Shown here: piece after piece, positions 10,001-18,769 of the stretch
Layout of the letters: each line of letters starts with the position of its first letter
Numbering within the stretch: position 1 is the first letter of the stretch
IMG/VR virus record: IMGVR_UViG_2721755796_000006
DNA from: an uncultured virus (IMG/VR IMGVR_UViG_2721755796_000006)
Lineage: Duplodnaviria; Heunggongvirae; Uroviricota; Caudoviricetes
Direction: 5' to 3' (one strand)
Length of the DNA stretch: 64,000 bases
Made by a program: the position numbers and the translations under genes
The notes under the pieces: generated by a model
Told to the model about the DNA's origin: nothing
Database searches by the model: none
The model's input: only the letters and a program-made list of their open reading frames with translations

Positions 10001-10139
10001 TTGAATGATATAAACCCCTATTGGGGCGATAGAAATCATGCGGCGGCTCAGGCATTTTTGTCAGCAGACATCCAAACCAACCCTGCCCCGCCGCATTCTT
10101 GTGTCGCTCCTTTAGGCTTCAAAGGAGGCATAAAATTAC

Positions 10140-12383
10140 ATGGAAGAAGAAATCATCCACTGCACGGCGGATATTCAAAATAAGATTTATGAGGCTGGCC
10201 TGTTCCGGCCGGAGGAAAAGGTAGTGCTCGCCACCAAGGGCTGTGTGCTACTGGAGCATTTCACAGGCAAGACATACAGCTACCGCATGGTGGATTTAAC
10301 GACCTTAAAGGCAAAACGCCTGTTTTCCCGCCAAAAGCCACTCACACAGGAGGGCTATGAACGGGCAATCGAGAAAATGCTGGCATTGGCGCCAGAAACG
10401 CCGGTACAGGAGGACAAGCGGGAAAGAGCCGAAACGCTCCTGGCCCATGTGTTCACAGACATATTGCCCCGGCATGGAATGGTTCTCAGGGAAAACCAGC
10501 TTTCCCTTGCCCTGTCTATGCTGGACGCGATCTGGGACGGTAAGGTGGCATTGTGCGAGGCAGAGGTGGGAACCGGAAAGACCCATGCCTATATCCTTTC
10601 GGCCACGGTGTACCGCCTTTTCAACCCCGGTGCGCAGGCCGTACTCATTTCCACATCAACCATTGCCCTGCAACGGGCGCTGACCGAGGAATATATCCCG
10701 CAGATATCCGGCATCCTCATGGAACACCGGATTATCGACCGGCCGCTGACCTTTGCGGTGCGCAAGGGGAAAGCCCACTATGCCTGTTTTGACCGGGTGA
10801 GGAACTACCTGTCCTCCCTCCGGCATAATGACCGCCCGGAGGATCGGGAGCTGATGGAAACCCTGACGGCGCTTGTCGCCGGGAACAGTACTTTTGATTT
10901 AGACGCCCTGACCCTGACCAATTACGTCAAGGAACGTATCTGTGTGGAACGCTGCCATTACCATTGTAATCTTTCCGCACTCTGCCCTTACCGCAGTTTC
11001 CTGCGGCGGACAAGAACGGCGGGCTATGATTTTCAGATCGTCAACCACAACCTTGTGCTGGCGGATATATTAAGCCAAAAAGGGGGAAGAAGCAGACTGC
11101 TCCCGCCCAGCGGCCTGATGGTTTGTGACGAGGCCCATAAGCTGCTGGACGCCGCAAGGAAGATGTACGGCATGGTGTTTTGCAGCACGGAGCTGGAACA
11201 GGTTGCGGCCAGTGTGTGCCGTGCGGCTGTTTCCAGTACTGACAAAAAGGAAATCCTGCACTTACGCGGGGAAATGCTGCGGCTGAACACCCTGCTCTTT
11301 GAAACACTGAAGCAGGAGGCCGGAGCCAAATACGATAAAACCAGTCAGGCAGTCCGCTTTACTCCGGCTGTCACACGGATCCTACGGGCGCTGGCAGTGG
11401 TGTTAGGCAGGCTGTCATCCTGTTTCCAGACCGCAAAGCGCTATACGCTGCTTGCCAGCCGTATCGACCAGAAACAGGAAAAACTCATGGTCCTGCTGGA
11501 ACACGCACAGTCAATCTGCTGGCTGGAGCATACCGGCGTTACCTCCTGTCAGGTCTGTGCGCTGCCCAAGGAACTGGATTATCTGCTTTACGAGGATATT
11601 TGGAACAGTGACATCCCCTGTGTCCTGACCTCGGCTACTCTGTCCATCGGCGGCGATTTCAGCCATTTCATGCACCAGACGGGGATTGACCTGTTGGAAC
11701 AGAACCGGCTCCTGATGACCAGCAAAGCGTCCCCCTTTGATTATGAAAACCATGCCCTGCTGTATCTGCCGGATTGTATGCCGTTCCCGGACACAAAAAA
11801 CAGCGCCTACATGACAGCGGTACTTAAGCAGCTCACGGAACTGATCCGGCAGAGCCATGGACATACGCTGGTACTGTTCACGTCTTACCGGATGATGGAG
11901 ATTGTATATCAGGAGTTGTCTAAGCCGCAGGCGGTGGATTATCCGCTGTTCTGCATGGGCAGGGGGCGGCTGGCAGCACTATCTGCCTTCCGAAAGAGCG
12001 GAAACGGCGTGCTGCTGGCAAGCGACAGCGCCGGTGAGGGTATCGACCTTGCAGGGGATATTTTATCCTCCCTTGTGGTGGTGAAGCTGCCGTTCCCCAT
12101 GCCTGACCCGGTATCGGAATATGAACGTTCCCTCCATGATGACTTTCACAGTTATTTATCCGAGAACATTGTGCCGAGTATGTTGATTAAATTGCGCCAG
12201 TGGATCGGACGCGGCATACGCCGGGAAACGGACACCTGCGTGTTCTCCATCCTCGACAGCCGTGCCAGAGGACGGTATCGAAGCGATATATTGGCCGCCC
12301 TGCCTGATATGCCGGTTACTGACCGGATCGATGACGTGGGGCGGTTTCTTTTGGAGAAAAAGTCGGATGCCTACTTTCAGTGA
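10140..12383 (+). CDS. DinG-family ATP-dependent helicase
   Basis: Q motif LRENQ, Walker A AEVGTGKT, Cys cluster, CDEAH, TSATL, GEGIDL, QWIGRGIR. Confidence 0.92.
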   Translation: MEEEIIHCTADIQNKIYEAGLFRPEEKVVLATKGCVLLEHFTGKTYSYRMVDLTTLKAKRLFSRQKPLTQEGYERAIEKMLALAPETPVQEDKRERAETLLAHVFTDILPRHGMVLRENQLSLALSMLDAIWDGKVALCEAEVGTGKTHAYILSATVYRLFNPGAQAVLISTSTIALQRALTEEYIPQISGILMEHRIIDRPLTFAVRKGKAHYACFDRVRNYLSSLRHNDRPEDRELMETLTALVAGNSTFDLDALTLTNYVKERICVERCHYHCNLSALCPYRSFLRRTRTAGYDFQIVNHNLVLADILSQKGGRSRLLPPSGLMVCDEAHKLLDAARKMYGMVFCSTELEQVAASVCRAAVSSTDKKEILHLRGEMLRLNTLLFETLKQEAGAKYDKTSQAVRFTPAVTRILRALAVVLGRLSSCFQTAKRYTLLASRIDQKQEKLMVLLEHAQSICWLEHTGVTSCQVCALPKELDYLLYEDIWNSDIPCVLTSATLSIGGDFSHFMHQTGIDLLEQNRLLMTSKASPFDYENHALLYLPDCMPFPDTKNSAYMTAVLKQLTELIRQSHGHTLVLFTSYRMMEIVYQELSKPQAVDYPLFCMGRGRLAALSAFRKSGNGVLLASDSAGEGIDLAGDILSSLVVVKLPFPMPDPVSEYERSLHDDFHSYLSENIVPSMLIKLRQWIGRGIRRETDTCVFSILDSRARGRYRSDILAALPDMPVTDRIDDVGRFLLEKKSDAYFQ

Positions 12384-12430
12384 GCGGGTATCCGGCTTTT
12401 GCAAAACGGGATGGAAAAGAGGAGGAGACC

Positions 12431-12694
12431 ATGGGCGGTTATGATTTATCCGAAATGGATTTACAGGAATTAAAACAGGTGGATGTGCGGACGGTCGATC
12501 CCGACACGCTTGTGGATATAAGAGAAATCGAAATTGACAGGACACTTCCCAAAGGAGAGCGGATACAGGAATTTATCCGGCAGATCAGGAATCCGTACTG
12601 CTTTCGGGTGGGAAAGGTCGCCGTCAGCGTGGGTTACGCAGAGGGCGGCGCTACCTTTGAACAGCGGATGGAACACTATCTGCAAACTCTGTGA
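12431..12694 (+). CDS. DUF6870-like small protein typically preceding recombinase clusters
   Basis: VDPDTLVDIREIEID...ERIQEFIRQIRNPYCFRVG; ATG after GAGGAG. Confidence 0.75.
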   Translation: MGGYDLSEMDLQELKQVDVRTVDPDTLVDIREIEIDRTLPKGERIQEFIRQIRNPYCFRVGKVAVSVGYAEGGATFEQRMEHYLQTL

Positions 12695-12877
12695 GGAATC
12701 AAAATGAATATAGCAAATCAGGCTTTTGGATTTCAGAAATTTGTCTGGACGCGGAGAAAATTTTGTGGTAAGCTGAGTCACAGATCGCAGGGGCTGGGTA
12801 AAACCCTGTGATACAGGACTTGCGGTAAAACTCCCAATCCATTTTCTGAAATTCAGAAGCGATTAGGAGAATACCGA

Positions 12878-14545
12878 ATGGATACACAGGAACTTTTACA
12901 GCAATACGACGGAGATATGTACCTCCGTATTTCCCATGAGGACGGCGACAAAGCCGAAAGTGACAGTATCGCAAACCAGCGGGATTTGATTACAGCCTTT
13001 TTGGAAAAACACCCTGAAATCACCCTTCGCAAAGTATGGGTTGATGATGGGTATACCGGAGTCAATTTCGACCGGCCTGATTTTATCCGTATGATGGAAT
13101 CGGTCAGAAATAAGAAAACCAACTGCATCATCGTCAAGGACTTTTCAAGGCTTGGCAGAAACTTTATCGAAACGGGAAAATATATCGAAAAAATCTTTCC
13201 GTTCATGGGTGTGCGGTTTATTTCTGTCAATGATGATTATGACAGCGCAAAGCCGCGAACCGCATCGGACAATCTGATAGTGCCGGTAAAAAATCTGATG
13301 AATGATGCCTACTGCCGGGATATTTCCATCAAGATACGGAGCCATCAGGACATTAAGCGCAGGAAAGGGCAGTTTATCGCACCCTTCGCTATGTTTGGCT
13401 ACCTGAAAGACCCGGAGGATAAGCACCATCTCATTATTGATGAGTTTGCGGCAGGCGTGGTGCAGGATATGTTCCATCTGATACTGGAGGGATATTCCTC
13501 GGAAGCGATTGCCGACCGCCTGAACGAACAAGGCATCCCCTCTCCCCTTGAATATAAGAGGCTGCTGGGGAGCACCTATAAGACACCCTTCCGGCGTAAT
13601 CCCAAAGCGGTGTGGACAGCAACTGCCGTTCTCCGCATTTTGAAAAACCCCGTCTATATCGGAACGCTGGAACAGGGGAAACGCAGCAGTCCCAATTACA
13701 AAGTAAAAAAGCAGTTTGCCGTGCCGGAGGAGCAGTGGGCGGTAAAGGAAAACACCCACGAACCGGCGGTCAGCCGTGATACCTTTGAGAATGTGGCAAA
13801 GATCCTGCGCACAGACACCCGGACGGCACCCGGTGAGGAAACGGTTTTCCCGTTGGGAGGGCTTCTCTACTGTGCTGACTGCGGGCGGAGCATGGTGCGA
13901 AAGAACAACTCCACCGCAGATAAGCCCTATTATTACTATATCTGTTCAGGCAGCAAGGAAAAGAGCGGCTGTAAAAGCCACAGCATCCGTGACATTCTGC
14001 TGGAACAGGCCGTTTTTGCGGTTGTGCGGGAGCATATCCGTTCTGTCCTTGATGTGGAACAGATACTTACCGCAATTACAAAGCTGCCCTACACCAGCCG
14101 TCAGATAAAAAAGATGGATGAACGGCTCAAAGCAAAGCGGGACGAGGTGGAAAAATACCAGCTCTACCGCATGAAACTCCACGAGGACTACATGGATGGC
14201 ATCATTTCCCGTGAGGATTATATCGCTTTTGGCAAACGGTATGACCTGAAAGCACAGAACGCCGGAGAAGCGATCCTTTCTCTGGAACAGGAAATAGACC
14301 GGCTTGTGGAGGGGAAATCCGAGGAACAGAAATGGATTGCCTATTTCAAACAGTATCAGGATATTGAGGAACTGAACCGTAAGCTGGCGGTGGAACTGAT
14401 TGACCGCATCTTAGTCTTTGAAAATCAGCGGATAAACATCAAGTTCAAATTTCAGTTTGAGTATGACAGTGCGATGTCACTTATACAGAGCGTGGAGCGT
14501 ATCAATCCGGCTCTGACCGTATCATCCGGAAGGGAGGCGGTGTGA
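12878..14545 (+). CDS. Large serine recombinase 1
   Basis: YLRIS catalytic motif, DDGYTG, KDFSRLGRN, recombinase domain, Zn ribbon CADCG. Confidence 0.95.
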   Translation: MDTQELLQQYDGDMYLRISHEDGDKAESDSIANQRDLITAFLEKHPEITLRKVWVDDGYTGVNFDRPDFIRMMESVRNKKTNCIIVKDFSRLGRNFIETGKYIEKIFPFMGVRFISVNDDYDSAKPRTASDNLIVPVKNLMNDAYCRDISIKIRSHQDIKRRKGQFIAPFAMFGYLKDPEDKHHLIIDEFAAGVVQDMFHLILEGYSSEAIADRLNEQGIPSPLEYKRLLGSTYKTPFRRNPKAVWTATAVLRILKNPVYIGTLEQGKRSSPNYKVKKQFAVPEEQWAVKENTHEPAVSRDTFENVAKILRTDTRTAPGEETVFPLGGLLYCADCGRSMVRKNNSTADKPYYYYICSGSKEKSGCKSHSIRDILLEQAVFAVVREHIRSVLDVEQILTAITKLPYTSRQIKKMDERLKAKRDEVEKYQLYRMKLHEDYMDGIISREDYIAFGKRYDLKAQNAGEAILSLEQEIDRLVEGKSEEQKWIAYFKQYQDIEELNRKLAVELIDRILVFENQRINIKFKFQFEYDSAMSLIQSVERINPALTVSSGREAV

Positions 14546-14546
14546 C

Positions 14547-16253
14547 ATGGCAAGGAAAAGCAGATTCAGGGTGCCCGTGCAGGAAAAACCGAAACTGCGG
14601 GTGTATAGCACAGGGGCGTATGTGCGTCTTTCCGTGCTGGACGGCCATCAGTGCGACAGTGATTCCATTGAAAATCAGGAAGCCCTTGTCCGGGCATATG
14701 TCGAAAGTGACCCCAGCCTTTCCCTCTTCTCCGTCTATTCAGACAATGGGGAAACAGGGGTGGATTTTGAACGGGATGATTTTGAACGCTTGCTTGATGA
14801 TATACGGGCGGGCAAGGTGGATTGCGTCATCGTCAAAGACCTTTCACGTTTTGGACGGAATTACATAGAGGCCGGTGAGTATTTAGAGAAGATATTTCCC
14901 TTTATGGGAGTCCGTTTCATAGCGGTGAATGACGGTTATGACAGCATTGACCCAGCGGCCTCGGACAGCCTTTCCATGCACTTAAAAAATCTGGTGAACG
15001 ATGTATATGCCCGTGACATCTCACAGAAAATCTGCCCCGTGCTGCAAGAGAAGCAGGAACGGGGGGAGTTTATCGGCAACTGGGCGGCATATGGCTACCT
15101 GAAATCGGCGGAGGATAAGCACCGCCTTGTGGTGGACGAAGAAACAGCCCCGGTTGTCCGCGACATCTTTCAGTGGCGCTTAATCGGTATGGACTATCAG
15201 GAAATCGCAAAAAGGCTGACCGAGCTGGGGATTCCATCCCCCAGCCGTTACCGTTTTGAAAAAGGGATGGTGAAGTCCAAACGTTTTGCGGCTTCCGTCT
15301 GGACGGGACAGGTCATTAAAAACATGGTCCGAAGTGAGGTTTACTTAGGCCATGTGGTGCAGGGTAAGACCCGCAAGGCGCTTTGGAAAGGACAGAAACG
15401 CACTACCCAGCCGAGAGAAAAGTGGACGGTCGTAAAAAATACCCACGAAGCGATTATTGACCGGCAGACCTTTGACGAGGTACAGAGGATGGTGGAACAG
15501 GATAAGCAGATGTTTGATGACAGACAGGGGGCTTTCCCGGAAATCATTAATCCTGAAAACATCTTAAAAGGGCTTGTTTATTGTGGGGACTGTGGGAGAA
15601 AACTTGTACGTCAGAGAAGTGTCCACGAAAGAAAAGTTAAGAACCCCGGAATCCATGTGCGGTATTTTTTTTACTGCCATACCCATGCGGAGGACTCCAG
15701 CCGTTGTGTCGGTATCAGGGTGCCGGAGGATACCCTTTTAGAAACTGTTTCCCAAGTGATTCGGTCCCATTTTGCAATGGCGCTGGATATGGACAGGCTG
15801 ATAAAAAGTGCGGGCAGAAAGGCGCTCAATCTTTCTAAAAAGCAGGAAATCCTCCGCCGTATCATGCAGGCAGAGGAACAGCTTGACCGGATTGCCCATC
15901 TGCGGGAAACTCTCTATGATGATTATTTAGACCACCTGATGAATGAGCACGACTATCTCTACGCCAGAAACCGTTATATAGAGCAGGAAGAAGCACAGAG
16001 AGCGCTGCTGGAAGAACTGGAAGCACAGAATGCGGCTGTCAGGGAACCGGGAACCGGTAAACCGGCGTGGCTCAGGGCGCTGCTCGCTGTCCATGAGGCA
16101 CCGGAACTGACACGGGGGATGGCGCTGGAACTGATTGATCGGATTACCGTATACAGCAGCTCCAACATCGCCGTGCGGCTCCGATTTGAGGACGAATATG
16201 AGTGCATGAAGGAATGGCTGTTCCCTCCGATGGGGGTGGAAGCCAGTGAATAA
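14547..16253 (+). CDS. Large serine recombinase 2
   Basis: YVRLS, DNGETG, KDLSRFGRN, CGDCG. Confidence 0.95.
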   Translation: MARKSRFRVPVQEKPKLRVYSTGAYVRLSVLDGHQCDSDSIENQEALVRAYVESDPSLSLFSVYSDNGETGVDFERDDFERLLDDIRAGKVDCVIVKDLSRFGRNYIEAGEYLEKIFPFMGVRFIAVNDGYDSIDPAASDSLSMHLKNLVNDVYARDISQKICPVLQEKQERGEFIGNWAAYGYLKSAEDKHRLVVDEETAPVVRDIFQWRLIGMDYQEIAKRLTELGIPSPSRYRFEKGMVKSKRFAASVWTGQVIKNMVRSEVYLGHVVQGKTRKALWKGQKRTTQPREKWTVVKNTHEAIIDRQTFDEVQRMVEQDKQMFDDRQGAFPEIINPENILKGLVYCGDCGRKLVRQRSVHERKVKNPGIHVRYFFYCHTHAEDSSRCVGIRVPEDTLLETVSQVIRSHFAMALDMDRLIKSAGRKALNLSKKQEILRRIMQAEEQLDRIAHLRETLYDDYLDHLMNEHDYLYARNRYIEQEEAQRALLEELEAQNAAVREPGTGKPAWLRALLAVHEAPELTRGMALELIDRITVYSSSNIAVRLRFEDEYECMKEWLFPPMGVEASE

Positions 16254-17838
16254 AACCTTTGTTATCGTTTTGTATATCCGTATTTCTGTGGAGGACGAGG
16301 ACAGCCGTGAAGGAATCAGGGATGAGAGCAACAGCGTCTCCAACCAGCGTGACCTGCTACGGCGCTTTATCGGGCAGTCCCCGGAGTTTGAGGGCCGCAA
16401 GGTCATGGAACTGTGTGATGACGGATTTTCCGGCACCAGCATGGAACGGCCCAATATGCAGAAACTTTTGCAGAAAGCCAAGGCAAAGGAAATCGACTGT
16501 ATCATCGTAAAGGATTTTTCGCGGTTTGGCAGGGATTATATCACGGTCAGCGACTATGTGGATCAGATATTCCCGTTTCTCGGCATCCGCTTTATTTCGG
16601 TCAACGATGGCTATGACAGCGCCAAAATGAACGGCAAGACCAGCGGCGTGGATATTGCTTTCCGCAACGTGATTTACAGCTATTACAGCAAGGACTTGTC
16701 CCTGAAAGTAAAAAGCGGCTTACAGACAAAGGCGCGCAAAGGTGATTTTTTAAGCTCCTTTGCCCCCATAGGCTACCGCAAAGACGAAAAGGACAAAAAC
16801 CGGCTTGTCGCTGATAAGGACAGTGCAGGGATTGTCCGGCGCATTTTTGAACTGGCTGGCGCAGGGATGACCGTGGTGGAAATCACCCGTCTGTTCAATG
16901 CAGAGAAAGTGCCTACCCCCAGCGCCATCAAGAACAGGCAGGGCTATTATCATAAATGGTGGATTGGGGTGAAAGGTGCCGACCTCTGGAATGAGAGCGC
17001 AATCACAAATATTCTGCGGGATGAACGGTATTTAGGTAAGACCATCTACGGCAAGCGATACCGCCCACAGATCGGGAACAGAAAAACCCTTAAAAACAGC
17101 AGGTCGGATTGGATCATTGCAGAGGAACGGCATGAACCGCTCGTCAGTGCAGATGAGTTTCAGAAAGCGCAGGAACATTTGGCGGAATTTGTGGAACGGG
17201 ACTTAGGGCAGGCAGGGATATACCTTTTTACGGATAAACTGCGGTGCGGTCATTGCGGTTATGCCCTTATCAGACGGTCACGTTCCAATCCACAATATTT
17301 TTGCAGGACAAGATACAGGACTACCGGTTTTGGATGTATGGAGGGCAGCGTCAGGGAAAGTGAAATTGCAGACGTTGTGCTGGCTGCCATCCAAGCTTAT
17401 ATAAAAACCCTGATGGACGAGAAGGAACTGCTGCTAAAGGCCGGGAACACGGATACGCTTGCCAGCCTGCAAAAACAGGTCACTTCCTATCAGAGCGCCT
17501 GTGCCAAGATTGATGAGCAGAAAGCTGAACTGTACGATGCGATGGCAGAGGAAAAAATCAGCCGGGAGAAGTACCGGCAGGAACGGGATAAGCTGTCACG
17601 GGGGCAGGCAGAGATGGCACAGCGGGCTGAAGCGGCAGAAGCAGAACTCACAGAACTGCGGAGCAAGCTGGCCGCCGCCAAGCAGGGGGAACCAAAGCTC
17701 ATACGCTATTTACAGGCAGATGCCCTTACACGGCAGATGGTAGTTGACTTTGTGGACTGCGTTTATGTTTACAACGACAAATCCATTCATATCGAGTGGA
17801 GCTTTTCAGAAAAAGGAGAGAAAAATGAATCAGCATAA
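16246..17838 (+). CDS. Large serine recombinase 3
   Basis: YIRIS, DDGFSG, KDFSRFGRD, CGHCG. Confidence 0.95.
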   Translation: MNKTFVIVLYIRISVEDEDSREGIRDESNSVSNQRDLLRRFIGQSPEFEGRKVMELCDDGFSGTSMERPNMQKLLQKAKAKEIDCIIVKDFSRFGRDYITVSDYVDQIFPFLGIRFISVNDGYDSAKMNGKTSGVDIAFRNVIYSYYSKDLSLKVKSGLQTKARKGDFLSSFAPIGYRKDEKDKNRLVADKDSAGIVRRIFELAGAGMTVVEITRLFNAEKVPTPSAIKNRQGYYHKWWIGVKGADLWNESAITNILRDERYLGKTIYGKRYRPQIGNRKTLKNSRSDWIIAEERHEPLVSADEFQKAQEHLAEFVERDLGQAGIYLFTDKLRCGHCGYALIRRSRSNPQYFCRTRYRTTGFGCMEGSVRESEIADVVLAAIQAYIKTLMDEKELLLKAGNTDTLASLQKQVTSYQSACAKIDEQKAELYDAMAEEKISREKYRQERDKLSRGQAEMAQRAEAAEAELTELRSKLAAAKQGEPKLIRYLQADALTRQMVVDFVDCVYVYNDKSIHIEWSFSEKGEKNESA

Positions 17839-18214
17839 AAGAGTTTGGATCTATTGCAGGGTGGCAAATACTGATACCATAGCATTGGAAAATCAGAAGC
17901 GTTTACTGGTGGATTATTCTGAACAAAAGGGTTTTGAGGTTGTCGGTATTACCGCCGAGATAGCACATGGATCGTCCATCAAAAGGCGCGGCATGGCCGA
18001 TGTGTTTTCCGCTGCTTCTAAACGGCGGATAGACATTTTGCTTGTGGTCAATCCTGCCAGGATTACAAGAAAGATAAGCGAGTTTTTATATTGTGTTAAG
18101 AAATTGAATGGATACGGCGTTGAAATACTGACACCAACTTCGGGTGTGGTAGGACTGCCGGAAGCTGATTTCTATGCAAGGATTGCAGGGATTGCAAAGA
18201 ACATGAAAGGTTGA
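17825..18214 (+). CDS. Small resolvase-fold protein lacking the catalytic serine
   Basis: YCRVA in place of YxRxS; ALENQ, IDILLVVNPARITR; ATG after AAGGAG. Confidence 0.75.
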   Translation: MNQHKRVWIYCRVANTDTIALENQKRLLVDYSEQKGFEVVGITAEIAHGSSIKRRGMADVFSAASKRRIDILLVVNPARITRKISEFLYCVKKLNGYGVEILTPTSGVVGLPEADFYARIAGIAKNMKG

Positions 18215-18217
18215 GCC

Positions 18218-18267
18218 AAGGGCGGTAGCCCACAGGGGATGGCACCTGTGGCTGCCGCCCTTTTTTC
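18218..18267 (+). terminator. Intrinsic terminator after the recombinase operon
   Basis: AAGGGCGGTAGCC...GGCTGCCGCCC followed by T6. Confidence 0.8.
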
Positions 18268-18379
18268 TTTCAAAAATGTAGTAGGTACGGTATAATGAGG
18301 GCAGTCAGGGAATAGAACGATGTGATTTGATGGCAGTTCAAAAATATCTCAGATTTTTTTACGTCCCTACTTGACACAA

Positions 18380-18769
18380 GCATACAATACAAATGGTAAC
18401 CGTGGAGTGGGATGCGGACTTAACAACATACAGAAAATTGCCGACGGGGAACCCCTGTCCGGCAGGACGACAGCAGAAGAAGACTTCGGCGGGTCCAATG
18501 CGTATGCAGGTTCCGCGGCAGCCCCGAACGGGTATGGGCAGCCTGCGTATCAGCCACCGGCCTATCAGACGCCATCCTACCAGGCGCAGGCTTATCAGCA
18601 GCCAGCCGGCGGTTTTGGGGGCGCGCCGGCCAGCCCTCCCGGGATGATGCCTGGATATACGGCGCCGCCCATGGGGTACGCCCCTCCTGCAGGCGGGGCG
18701 CCACAGCAGCAGACGATTGACCCGGTGACGGGAAGGCCGCTGCCAGCCGGGGGAGTGATGGGGATTTGA
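18380..18769 (+). pseudogene. 3' half of phage ssDNA-binding protein (DUF2815, T7 gp2.5-like)
   Basis: AYNTNGNRGVGCGLNNIQKIADGEPLSGRTTAEEDF plus P/G/Q/Y-rich tail; directly precedes phage PolA; no RBS or N-terminal half. Confidence 0.85.

Larger units (their letters stand above)
8962..18379 (+). mobile_element. Right-hand part of an integrative element with a triple serine-recombinase module; left end not seen and may lie upstream of the window
   Basis: sigma-like gene, DinG, DUF6870, three large serine recombinases; sequence switches at ...GTCCCTACTTGACACAA|GCATAC into a 5'-truncated phage gene. Confidence 0.75.

Noticed and set aside
10140..12383. DinG as CasDinG of a type IV CRISPR system
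   Set aside because: No repeat-spacer array or csf/cas genes in the window.
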